Shown: one piece after another, positions 8,631 through 18,056 of the stretch
How the letters are laid out: each line of letters opens with the position of its first letter
How positions within the stretch are numbered: the stretch's first letter is position 1
Assembly: GCA_965116495.1 (NCBI GenBank)
Contig: OZ220696.1
Location: 1,216,001 to 1,280,000, forward strand
Direction of reading: 5' to 3'
DNA length: 64,000 bases
Origin: Gammaproteobacteria bacterium
GTDB taxonomy: Bacteria; Pseudomonadota; Gammaproteobacteria; Eutrophobiales; Eutrophobiaceae
Position numbers and translations under genes: made by a program
The notes under the pieces: generated by a model
Database searches by the model: none
The model's input: only the letters and a program-made list of their open reading frames with translations
What the model was told of the DNA's origin: nothing

Positions 8631-10505
8631 TGTTGGTGTATACCAGATCGGTGATGTATAAGCGCGCTCCTGGAGAAACATCGGCGTTTCGGCTGCAGGT
8701 TCGTCGCCGAAGATCTTTACATCGTAGGCCGTCCAGCGCGGGGTCGGAATCTCTATCACGCGCGCGTAGTACACCGCCGGCTGTGATGCATCAAATTCCG
8801 GGTCCTGCCAGAAGCCAACCAGTTGTGCATCACCTATCGAATCGGTCCAACTGGCATTGGCCACGTCCACTGTGTTCCCTACCGCAGGCAGCGTGCCGTC
8901 GTGCCTTGGTTCGCGCCGGTGTGCATCACCCCAGACCACGTTGAATATCTTCTCATGGGTCATGCCGCCGCCATCCAGCCAGCCCTTCACGATCTGGATA
9001 CGGTCGAGATTACCGCTCAAGGGGTCTTTCAGCGCGGCTACCAGGAAGGTGGGGGCCTGTCGTCCCGCTTCAGGGTGCAGGGTGCCTCCCATGGGCACTC
9101 CGCCGGCATACCCCTTGGGTACCAGCATCGGCGAGTTCGCATCCTCTGCGGAAAAATGCCAACCGCCGAATAAGCGTACCGTCATGCGCGGCCCGGTGGT
9201 GGCATAGACTTCCTTGCGCTGCATCGCATCCCATATGGACTCCCGGGTATTCTCTTCCGCCCATACCGCCGCATAGCCGGACGCGCTGGTTTCCCACACC
9301 CGCCACTGAGGCAGATCCGGAGCCGCCATGGGCAAAGCCATGCGGGCCGGCTTCGGCTCGTAACTCGCGAACTTGCCGAAGAAGTTGTTTTCACCGGCAG
9401 TTGAAAGTGCTGTGTGACTGTCCGTGGACCCCACCATACCGAATTGGTACGGGTTGACGCCGAGGGCGCGCGCCAGTTTGAGTCCGTTTTTCAGCGCCTC
9501 GCGGGCGTATTCGTATTGGAGCATGCCGGGTGTTTTCAACTTCGCTAAAGTGGCGTTGCCTCTGTCCCAGGTCTCGAAATCCGCGAATTCGTCTGTGGGA
9601 GAGAGATAGGGATGGGCCTCGCCGTCCCCTTTTATTTGAGTCACTTCGTAGAGCGGTTCCCAGCGGGCGCGTGTCTGCACATATTCCGCGTCAATGGCAG
9701 CCCCCGTGTTGGGGTTGGTCTCTACCGGAAACATCTGGCCGTTGCTCAGGTTGCCGTTGTGAGCAAGCGCCAGCACCTTGCCGCCGGTTTCCTTCTCGTA
9801 GCGCTGCATCCATTTCCACAGGTCCTGAGGATTAATGCTGTCGGCGGCCGTGAACGGTTGCAGTTTGCGCGCGCTATCCGCCCCGCCCCGGTAGAGCACA
9901 TTGCGATGCAGCTTGTCTCCACCTTTCATCGGCGTCCATTCGTAACCGATAAAGGCGGTAAAGCGCCCGGGATCGTTGTACCGATCCGCCGTCTCTACGT
10001 AGCGTTCCCAGACCGAGCGCATGATCGTCTGGTCCAGGAGTGGTCCTGAATAGTCACCATCGAGCACGCGCATGATCACACGCATTGCACCCTTCGCCGC
10101 CTCGCCTCCCGCCTTGAGTCCGTTGTGCATATCCAGAAGCTCGGGATGCTCCAGCAGTGCCGGGTTGCCCAGGATCAATTGGTCCATGACCCCCAGCGCA
10201 TCGGAATGATCGGATACCACCAGAAAGTCCAGGGGACGGGCGAGGCGCACGGCCTGGCCGCTGCTGGAAACTACTTTTTCACCGCGGGCAAACCGGTACG
10301 CGTCTTCGACAGTCAAAGTTACTCCCGTCGCGCGGGCATCCAGAGAGTTGGTGGTATGCAGGTGAGTATCACCCCAGAGAGGTTGTGTCGGATAGTTCAC
10401 ATCTGCATAGGGCGAATAGCGCAGCTCAGCGCCTGACGCCACAAAGGGGACAATGCAGAGCAACGAACACATGGCGACCGCTATTTTCCAGACTGCAAAT
10501 TTCAT
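8622..10505 (-). CDS. DUF3604-like exported protein (PHP-like metallohydrolase)
   Basis: Signal peptide; WGDTHLHT, SDH, GYEWT, LHRN, HNGN, GSTDSH, YATTGPR, QERAYTSPIWY; RBS GGAG supports a start at 10505. Confidence 0.85.
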   Translation of the reverse strand: MKFAVWKIAVAMCSLLCIVPFVASGAELRYSPYADVNYPTQPLWGDTHLHTTNSLDARATGVTLTVEDAYRFARGEKVVSSSGQAVRLARPLDFLVVSDHSDALGVMDQLILGNPALLEHPELLDMHNGLKAGGEAAKGAMRVIMRVLDGDYSGPLLDQTIMRSVWERYVETADRYNDPGRFTAFIGYEWTPMKGGDKLHRNVLYRGGADSARKLQPFTAADSINPQDLWKWMQRYEKETGGKVLALAHNGNLSNGQMFPVETNPNTGAAIDAEYVQTRARWEPLYEVTQIKGDGEAHPYLSPTDEFADFETWDRGNATLAKLKTPGMLQYEYAREALKNGLKLARALGVNPYQFGMVGSTDSHTALSTAGENNFFGKFASYEPKPARMALPMAAPDLPQWRVWETSASGYAAVWAEENTRESIWDAMQRKEVYATTGPRMTVRLFGGWHFSAEDANSPMLVPKGYAGGVPMGGTLHPEAGRQAPTFLVAALKDPLSGNLDRIQIVKGWLDGGGMTHEKIFNVVWGDAHRREPRHDGTLPAVGNTVDVANASWTDSIGDAQLVGFWQDPEFDASQPAVYYARVIEIPTPRWTAYDVKIFGDEPAAETPMFLQERAYTSPIWYTPTVE

Positions 10506-10628
10506 CTCAAGCTCCGTGTTCAGGTACAGGGTTAATGTCATGCTGTGCGAAATTCCCAGCCCGGCCCACTTCAGTTGCTGCGGCTTGGAATTTGTATTAT
10601 GCACATCCGCGCCTCTACTACAAGTCAC

Positions 10629-10672
10629 TTGATCTTAATTGCAGGTGAGCTTATACTTAACGAACGTTCAGT
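10629..10672 (+). promoter_or_regulatory. tetR promoter and candidate operator
   Basis: TTGATC-N17-TATACT; imperfect IR ACTtAACG-AA-CGTTcAGT at 10655-10672. Confidence 0.6.
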
Positions 10673-10685
10673 CAGGAGACGTTTC

Positions 10686-11267
10686 ATGAAAGCCACTGCT
10701 ACACACATGCTCTCGGTCGCTGCAAAGCAATTTGCCGAAAAGGGTTATTCGGGCGCTTCCATGCGCAACATCGCCAATGCCGTCGGGACGACCCAGGCAG
10801 CGATATACCACCATTTTCCAAACAAGAACGCCCTCTACCTGGCCGTGCTGGCCAGACATTTTGATGCTAAATCCAGTGGCATGGCTGATGATCTGGCCCA
10901 GGTCAGTGATCCGGAAGAGCGTTTGCAAATCCTGGTTCACCGTTTGCTTGATCTGGTGGAGGAAGATGAACAGTTTCGCCAGCTCTATTTTCGCGAACTG
11001 CTGGAGACTGACGAACAGCGTTTGCGCGTACTGGCAGACAACGTGTTTGGCGAATTGGCTGTCACCCTGACCGCTCTCCTGGGTGAACTGGCGCCGCGAA
11101 TGGACTCTCACCTTATGCTGCTTTCACTCGGCGGCCTGGTTTGCCACCACCTTGAGGCGCGCAAGCTCAGTCCCTTCCTGCCGGGAGGTAAACGTAAACA
11201 CCAACAGCTGGATGTGCTGGCTGAACACATTACGGAACTCCTCCTTCACGGAGTACAGCGGTCATGA
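10686..11267 (+). CDS. TetR/AcrR family regulator
   Basis: FAEKGYSGASMRNIANAVGTTQAAIYHHFPNKNALY; AGGAG RBS before the ATG at 10686. Confidence 0.93.
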   Translation: MKATATHMLSVAAKQFAEKGYSGASMRNIANAVGTTQAAIYHHFPNKNALYLAVLARHFDAKSSGMADDLAQVSDPEERLQILVHRLLDLVEEDEQFRQLYFRELLETDEQRLRVLADNVFGELAVTLTALLGELAPRMDSHLMLLSLGGLVCHHLEARKLSPFLPGGKRKHQQLDVLAEHITELLLHGVQRS

Positions 11268-13705
11268 GGCAGGGAAAAAACGACTATCTGCACAAGGCCG
11301 ATGAGCTGTTCGGTCACCTGGGCCTTTGGATGTATGGCCACAAACTCATCGTCCTGCTGTGCGCACTGGGATTACTGGTCACCGGTCTTTACTTCGCCGG
11401 CAAGACTCGTGCCGACAACGGTCTGGACAGCTTTTTTGACGCGACAGACACTGCCTATAACGCCTATATAACCTACCAGGATGAGTTCGGTTCAGACGAG
11501 GTGGCTTATATCCTTTACACGGTTCCCAACAGTCCCTACGGCCCCTTTGACCTGGACGCCATGCAGCGCATAGCGCAACTGACCGAGGCCCTGGAATACG
11601 AGGTGCCTTTCGTAAGGGACGTTACCAGCCTGAGTAACGTGGAGTTCATCACCGCCGATGGCGATTTCCTTGAGATCCACGAGTTGGCGCTGGATATGCC
11701 GGAGGACCAGGCCGGCCTGCTGGAACGCGGCGATGCGATGATGCAAAAGCCCAGTTACCGTGGCGCCATCGTCAACAACGAGGCCACCCATGGCGCTATC
11801 ATCCTGGAAATGACTATTTCCATCAACGATCCGCTGGACGAAATAAGACTGGACCCGGAAGGTGGCGACGGGCTGCCCAACCTGTATCCGCAGGCGGCCA
11901 AACACAAGATCGACGAGATCCTGTCCCGGCCGGAATACACCGGTATTGATTTTTACCTGGGCGGTGATGTCCAGATGAGCTCGGCCTACAACGAGACCGT
12001 CACACGTGACACGGTCCGGCAAACCCTGTTGACACTGGCCTTGGTCAGTATCATTGCCATGATATGCTTCCGCATGCAGTTTCTGGGGCTGGCCGGGCCG
12101 CTTTCCGTTGTGATTCTCGCCCTGATCCTGACCATAGGCTTCATGGGCCTTGTCGGCTACGAGATGGGGATTCTGTTCCTTATTGTGCCCACCTTCCTGA
12201 CCGCCATCGGTGTTGCGCAGTCGGTACACCTGATCACCGAATTCAACCTGATGCGCGCCCGGGGCCTGGACCGGCGAGAGGCAGTACAACAGGCCATGGA
12301 ACACGTGGCCATGCCCTGCCTCCTGGCGGCATTTACCACGGCGGCAGCGTTCCTGGTCATGGCGACCTCTAAACTGCGCGCCTTGTCGGAAATAGCCGTG
12401 TACCAGAGCGTTGGTGTGATGCTTGCCTTCCTTGCCAGCATCACCGTCATGGTCTGTTACATGTCCATGGGCAAAGACAGACCGCACAAATCACTCGATC
12501 CGTCGGAGAGGAAGTCCGGCCTGTTGTATCATCTCCTCCACCGCGTTGCAGCATTGAACCTTAAGCGTCCCTTCGCCATCATGGCGGTGTTCGGTGTAAT
12601 TCTGACAGGTTCCATGATCGGGATCGGCAAACTGCACGTAGGCTTCAACTTCCTGGAGGAATTCAAGCCACATACCCGGTTCCGGCTGGATACCGACCAC
12701 ATACAAAACGTGATGGGCGGCATGCTTAACGTGGTTTTCATCTACGACAGCGGTAAGGCCGACGGCATCAAGAGCAGCGAGATGCTTGCCCACCTTGAAG
12801 GGCTCCAGGCCTATGCTGAGCGGTCGACCATTGTCGAAAAGAGCTACTCTGTGGTCGATATTCTCAAGGATATAAACCAGAGTTTTCACGGTGATGACCC
12901 GGCCTACTACCGACTGCCGGAAAGCGGCGAGTTAATCGCACAGTACCTGTTGTTGTATGAGATCTCCGGCGGCGAAGAACTCAGTGATTTCGTAAGTGGC
13001 GACTACCGCCGGACTGCCCTGGAACTGCGGGTGGATATTACTGATTCGAGACATATCAAGGCCTTGATCGACGACCTGGAGCGCTATATGGCGGCGCACC
13101 CTGTATCCGGCGCAGAGATCCGGATCACAGGCATGGGTTTATTATGGGTCAGGATAGCCAGTTATATCGCCGAGAGCCAGATGTGGGGCTACGGGCTTGC
13201 CTTCATCATCATCGCCCTGGTAATGTGCCTGGCTTTCCGTTCAGTGAAAGTTGGCCTGCTTGTCATGATTCCCAACCTGTTTCCTGCTGTTCTGGTTCTG
13301 GGCTTTATGGGCTTGAACGGCATGCAACTGGACTATTTCAAGCTGATGCTGGCCACGGTAGCCATCGGTATCGCGGTTGACGACACGGTGCACATTTCCA
13401 CCCGCATACGAAAAGAGTTCCACCGTTCCGGCAACTACGAGGAAGCCATTCGGACCAGTCTGTTGAGCACGGGCCGGGCTCTTGTCATTACCACTATCAT
13501 CCTTTCACTGTCCTTCCTTGTATACACGGTTTCCGATATGGCAATACTGGCAGATTTCGGGATACTGCTATCTGCCACCATGGTTTCGGCATTGGTCGCC
13601 GACCTGTTCCTGTTACCTTGCCTGGTGCTGGTGCTGAAGCCCTTTGGGCCGGAATACGAACCGGCCACTGTCAGTGATCCGGCGCCCGCAACCCACACAG
13701 TATGA
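11264..13705 (+). CDS. MMPL/RND family transporter
   Basis: 813 aa with two periplasmic domains and two transmembrane bundles; GIAVDDTVH. Confidence 0.9.
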   Translation: MRQGKNDYLHKADELFGHLGLWMYGHKLIVLLCALGLLVTGLYFAGKTRADNGLDSFFDATDTAYNAYITYQDEFGSDEVAYILYTVPNSPYGPFDLDAMQRIAQLTEALEYEVPFVRDVTSLSNVEFITADGDFLEIHELALDMPEDQAGLLERGDAMMQKPSYRGAIVNNEATHGAIILEMTISINDPLDEIRLDPEGGDGLPNLYPQAAKHKIDEILSRPEYTGIDFYLGGDVQMSSAYNETVTRDTVRQTLLTLALVSIIAMICFRMQFLGLAGPLSVVILALILTIGFMGLVGYEMGILFLIVPTFLTAIGVAQSVHLITEFNLMRARGLDRREAVQQAMEHVAMPCLLAAFTTAAAFLVMATSKLRALSEIAVYQSVGVMLAFLASITVMVCYMSMGKDRPHKSLDPSERKSGLLYHLLHRVAALNLKRPFAIMAVFGVILTGSMIGIGKLHVGFNFLEEFKPHTRFRLDTDHIQNVMGGMLNVVFIYDSGKADGIKSSEMLAHLEGLQAYAERSTIVEKSYSVVDILKDINQSFHGDDPAYYRLPESGELIAQYLLLYEISGGEELSDFVSGDYRRTALELRVDITDSRHIKALIDDLERYMAAHPVSGAEIRITGMGLLWVRIASYIAESQMWGYGLAFIIIALVMCLAFRSVKVGLLVMIPNLFPAVLVLGFMGLNGMQLDYFKLMLATVAIGIAVDDTVHISTRIRKEFHRSGNYEEAIRTSLLSTGRALVITTIILSLSFLVYTVSDMAILADFGILLSATMVSALVADLFLLPCLVLVLKPFGPEYEPATVSDPAPATHTV

Positions 13706-13714
13706 GAGATCGTC

Positions 13715-14066
13715 ATGTTTGCAAAGAAATACATGTATTTGATTACCCTGGCCATGAGCTCCCCGGCGCTTGCGCAGGCGGTCCATGATCAGGACGCCGT
13801 GGAAAAAGGCATCGCCATCGCCGCCGAAGCAGATCGCCGCGACAGCGGTTACGTGGACAGCGAGGAGTCCTTCACCATGGTGCTGCGGGACAGCAAGGGG
13901 CGCGAGCGTTTTCGTACCCTGCGCACGAAAACTCTGGAACGCACTGACGACGGCGACTGGAGCCTGACCATCTTCGACGAACCGGCGGACGTTAAAGGCA
14001 CCGCCATGCTCACCTACAGCCACGGCCTGGAGCCTGACGACCAGTGGCTTTACCTGCCGGCCTTAA
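13715..14066 (+). pseudogene. LolA-like outer membrane lipoprotein-sorting protein, 5' part (IS-interrupted)
   Basis: Signal peptide; PADVKGTA, DDQWLYLPAL; rejoins in frame with KRVKRIS after the IS is removed. Confidence 0.88.
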
Positions 14067-16153
14067 CCCAAGTTTACCAATCTAAAAAATAAATCGTTAT
14101 ATGTCAATGGGTTAGATTGACATAATTCCGCTTATGGCACTACATTCGCGCCATGTTGCGGACGCTGTACTCAGACGATCTCTTTCTGCGTACCGCCGGG
14201 TGGTCCACGAATTCCCAAGGCGTCCAGGATGGCCTGTTGCGGCGGTTCCGGACGGGTGGCCTTGCGCACGTGCACGGTACGTCCGTCTTTGCGCCGGACC
14301 GTGGCGGTCACCCGCTGACGGGCGCCGAGGATGCGCCGCAGCGTGGTCCAACTTGCGTTGCGGCAGGATTCATCGCCGTGCGCGGCCAGACGACGGCGGA
14401 CCACCTGGACCAGTTGGTAGGCGATGACGGTGATGAACAGGTGGCCCTCGGCGCGTCGGGGCGTGCGGTGATAGATGGGGCGCAATCCCAGCTCGGATTT
14501 CAAGGCGCGGAACACTGCTTCGATGTCGGTGAGCAGGGTGTAGGTCTGCCACAGCCGCGCCTCATCCCAGTCGGTGAGGTTGCTGCGCAGGCAATAGATG
14601 CCGGGGTGGGTGAGCATCGAGCCGGTGACCGGCTGGCGCTGCCAGCGTACGGCCACGGCCCGTTGGCCCTTGGCATCGGTGTCGACCTCGATGGTATAGT
14701 GCTGGCCGATGCCGTGGCTGCGGGCTTTCAAGCGTCCGATACGTTCCCGGACGTAGCCTGGCTGCTTGCGCGTACGCGGCCGGGACAGGCCCTCGTGCAG
14801 CGCGCTGAGGCCCTGCTCAAAGCGCGCCATGAAGCGTTCGGCGATGGCGCGCTCTTTCTCGGCCCGCGCCGCCGAGTAACAGTACAGGCGCACCTCACCG
14901 GCCTTGGCATCGGCCACCTGCTCCAGTTGGACCGTCTCGCCCCCACGGGTACGATGGGCCAGGGCGGCGTCCACGTCGAACCGGCGCTGTTGTTCCCGGC
15001 TCACCACGATGTAACGGTAGTCGTTATCCTTGAGCCAGGTGACCTGCGCCTCGGTGGCGATGCCCCGGTCGAGAATGACCAAGGCCCCCGGCGGGGTCTT
15101 GAGCGCCTCCAGCATCCCGGCCAGGGTGGTCTCCTCGCGCACGTTGCCGGCAAACACCCGTGAACGGCGCACGAAGCCGCTCGCATCGAGCACCAGCCCC
15201 AGGGTGAGCAGCTTGCAGTCGCTGCGTTTCTCTTTCGAATGGCCGCGCTGCGCCAGCGGCTGCCCGTGGGCCTCGCCCTCGTAGTAGGTGTTGGTCAGGT
15301 CATACAGGGTGACCGTCGGCGCCAGGTCAAACAAGTCCATGGCCTGCGCGAACAGGTGTGTCTCAATGACCGCACGGTGTTTGAGCAGCGCATCGGAAGC
15401 CCGGTACAACTGCATGGCGCCCATGCGTTCGAAGTTCACGTCCAGCAACTCGCCCAGGGCACTGCGCTCGCATAACCAGGCATGGGTGGCCCGCTCCGAG
15501 GCCGGGCACGCCAGCCGGCCCACGATGGAGCCGATGGTGGCGGCGCGCAGGGATGCATTGACGCCCTGTGCCGCGAGTAACTCGTCCAGCCCCACCTGTG
15601 CCAGGGCCCACAACCCCACCTGCTCCACGCCCACGCTGCGCGGGCGGGTCAAGGCCAGCGAGTCCAGATCGACTGCCATCCACGCCGGCGCCGTTCCCGT
15701 CTCGTCCGGTCGAGACCGGGCCAGCAGTTGGGCGCTAATCTGTTGTGCCGCACTCTCCACGCCGGCGGGCAGGCTCGCCAGCAGCGACGTCTGGCCCTGG
15801 CGCAACGCCTCAATACGTTGGCACAGGGTCGGCCAGTGTTGTTTATCGATAGCAAACTCGCTGCCGAGGTTCAGCAGGGTGCGTTGGCGCACCTTGGTGC
15901 CCGCGCGCTCACTGTGCACCAGGCGGTGGGAGTAATAGGCCTGGCCGTCGGTACGGCGGGTGAGGGTACGGCGGATGAACATAGGGGGAGAGGATACCGC
16001 TCTACCACACCGATGTCAATATAAATATTCATATTATGGCACTACAATGGCCAGACAACCCGTCACTCACCAAAAATCAATGCGTTACGATGACGAACCC
16101 GGCAGAAAATAGCAACATCCAACTAAATGCCAGTGAATCTTGGTAAACTTGGG
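14067..16153 (-). mobile_element. IS1634-family insertion sequence (2087 bp)
   Basis: 13-bp IRs CCCAAGTTTACCA/TGGTAAACTTGGG; flanking TTAA duplication; internal TTATGGCACTACA at 14132 and 16034; GC-rich. Confidence 0.9.
14171..15982 (-). CDS. IS1634-family DDE transposase
   Basis: LYDLTNTYYEG, RGHSKEKRSD, LDRGI, IEAVFRALKSELGLRPIYH. Confidence 0.92.
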   Translation of the reverse strand: MFIRRTLTRRTDGQAYYSHRLVHSERAGTKVRQRTLLNLGSEFAIDKQHWPTLCQRIEALRQGQTSLLASLPAGVESAAQQISAQLLARSRPDETGTAPAWMAVDLDSLALTRPRSVGVEQVGLWALAQVGLDELLAAQGVNASLRAATIGSIVGRLACPASERATHAWLCERSALGELLDVNFERMGAMQLYRASDALLKHRAVIETHLFAQAMDLFDLAPTVTLYDLTNTYYEGEAHGQPLAQRGHSKEKRSDCKLLTLGLVLDASGFVRRSRVFAGNVREETTLAGMLEALKTPPGALVILDRGIATEAQVTWLKDNDYRYIVVSREQQRRFDVDAALAHRTRGGETVQLEQVADAKAGEVRLYCYSAARAEKERAIAERFMARFEQGLSALHEGLSRPRTRKQPGYVRERIGRLKARSHGIGQHYTIEVDTDAKGQRAVAVRWQRQPVTGSMLTHPGIYCLRSNLTDWDEARLWQTYTLLTDIEAVFRALKSELGLRPIYHRTPRRAEGHLFITVIAYQLVQVVRRRLAAHGDESCRNASWTTLRRILGARQRVTATVRRKDGRTVHVRKATRPEPPQQAILDALGIRGPPGGTQKEIV

Positions 16154-16603
16154 TTAAAACGCGTGAAACGAATTTCCTCCAAAAATCGCTCCGGGCCGTT
16201 CATGGGCAGCGAGTTTGCCTTTGAGGATTTGAGCGACTTCGAGTTGGAAAAATACAGCTATCGATACCTGCGTGATGAGCCGTGTGGCGAGCACAGCTGT
16301 TTTGTCTCCGAGTGGGTGCCCGCCTATGAGCACTCCGGTTACACCCGGATCGAAGTCTGGCACGACCGGGAGGAATACCGTGAGCAAAAAATAGAGTTCT
16401 ACGATAAAGTCGGCAAGCACCTGAAAACACTGGTGCTTAACGACTACTCACTTTACCGGGAACGCTTCTGGCGCCCCCTGAAGATGGAGATGACCAACCA
16501 CAAGACAGGCAAGGCCACCCTGCTCCACTTCAACAATATTGAGTTGGGAGCAGGTCTGACCGAGCGTGAGTTCGACCAGAACTCCCTCAGACGTGCCAAG
16601 TAA
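16154..16603 (+). pseudogene. LolA-like sorting protein, 3' part
   Basis: KRVKRISSKNRSGPFMGSEFAFEDL...F.QNSLRR*. Confidence 0.88.
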
Positions 16604-17822
16604 CCGTTTCCGTACCGGCGCCAGGCTATCCGGCGCTATGCTGGCCGGTATCCTGGCTACACCCGCCGCCATTGCAATGGATCCGGAGAAAATGCAGTGG
16701 TCCGGCCACGTGGGCGGGGAGTACCGGTATTTCACGGATGCCGGCGCCGGCGGGGCGCGCTACCAGCACAATGTTTCCCTTGTCGCCGAACCGGAGCTTT
16801 ACTATCCCGTCCGCGCCTCCGGCGACAGCCTGCGTCTCACGGCGTTCCTGCGCCTGGACGAGCACGATGATGAGCGCTCCCATGGTGACATACGCGAAAT
16901 GAAGTGGCACAAGGTGGCGGACCGCTGGGAATTGACCCTGGGAGTCGACCGGATATTCTGGGGTGTCACCGAGACCATTCACCTGGTCAATATCATAAAC
17001 CAGCAGGACTTTGTGGAGAACCCGGATGGCGAGGACCTGCTCGGGCAACCCATGATACGCCTCGAGCTTGTGCGGGACTGGGGAACACTGGGATTATTTG
17101 TCCTGCCCTACTTCCGTGAACGTTCCTATCCCGGCACAGAAGGACGCCCGGGATCCGCCCTCGTGGTCGACACCGACAATCCCGTTTATGAGTCCGGCAC
17201 GGAACAATGGCACACGGACTTTGCCCTGCGCTGGAGCCACTATATCGGCAACTGGGACCTGGGCGCTTCCTATTTCTACGGCACCAGCCGCGAGCCGCGC
17301 TTCGACCCGATGTTCTCAAGCATAACGAAGCAAGGCGTAACAACCCTGCGGCCTGTCTACGATATCATTCACCAGGCGGGTGTTGACGTGCAGGGCACCT
17401 TCGATGCGTGGTTGTGGAAGCTGGAGGCCATCTACCGGGATGGGCAGGACGATGCGTTTTTCGCCGGCGCCGTCGGACTGGAATACACCTTCTTCGATAT
17501 CTCCGGCTACGGTATCGATATCGGCCTGGTCACCGAGTATCTCTACGATGAGCGGACATTTTTCATCAGTACCGATAATGATCTCAGCCTGGGCATGAGA
17601 CTGACGTTGAACGATATCGATTCGACCGAATTTCTGGCCGCCGTGGTGCAGGACCTGGACAATCAGTCACGCTATGTCTTTGTGGAGGCCAGCCGGCGTA
17701 TCGGGGATTCCTTCAAACTCTCCGTGGAAGCCCGCGGCATTAACAACGTCGCTGAGGGCGACCCCCTGCAATTCTATGACGGCGACAATTTTATCCAGGT
17801 GGAGCTGGCGTACTACTTCTGA
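16593..17822 (+). CDS. Putative outer membrane beta-barrel protein
   Basis: Signal-like N-terminus, IFWGVTE, C-terminal ELAYYF; last gene of the MMPL-LolA operon; start uncertain (16566/16593/16638). Confidence 0.75.
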   Translation: MPSNRFRTGARLSGAMLAGILATPAAIAMDPEKMQWSGHVGGEYRYFTDAGAGGARYQHNVSLVAEPELYYPVRASGDSLRLTAFLRLDEHDDERSHGDIREMKWHKVADRWELTLGVDRIFWGVTETIHLVNIINQQDFVENPDGEDLLGQPMIRLELVRDWGTLGLFVLPYFRERSYPGTEGRPGSALVVDTDNPVYESGTEQWHTDFALRWSHYIGNWDLGASYFYGTSREPRFDPMFSSITKQGVTTLRPVYDIIHQAGVDVQGTFDAWLWKLEAIYRDGQDDAFFAGAVGLEYTFFDISGYGIDIGLVTEYLYDERTFFISTDNDLSLGMRLTLNDIDSTEFLAAVVQDLDNQSRYVFVEASRRIGDSFKLSVEARGINNVAEGDPLQFYDGDNFIQVELAYYF

Positions 17823-17847
17823 CATTATGCCTCCGGTTGGCTCTCAG

Positions 17848-18036
17848 TGTTCTTACAATGTCGTCAACGCCGAAATTTCTCTAAGTAGTGCCGACGAAAG
17901 GTGGAAATTTAAAATTTGGGCAAAAAATCTGTTTGAAGAAGACTATTCCATATTTACCAACACAGGTCAGTTTGGTGATCTGGTGGCATTTGCACCACCA
18001 CGCGTTGCGGGTGCCGGAGTAGAATTTAATTTCTAA
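17848..18036 (+). pseudogene. TonB-dependent receptor C-terminal fragment
   Basis: SYNVVNAEISL..WKFKIWAKNLFEEDY..PPRVAGAGVEFNF*; same pattern as the ends of the two intact TBDRs. Confidence 0.78.
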
Positions 18037-18056
18037 TATTCTTACGACATCTTCAT

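Noticed and set aside
10506-10685. Long overlapping starts for DUF3604 (10628) and TetR (10545)
   Set aside because: RBS-supported starts at 10505 and 10686 leave a normal divergent promoter region
11492-12487. 331-aa minus-strand ORF
   Set aside because: Antisense shadow of the MMPL gene
14153-15163. 336-aa plus-strand ORF (also 15288..15935)
   Set aside because: Antisense shadow of the GC-rich transposase with no recognisable motifs
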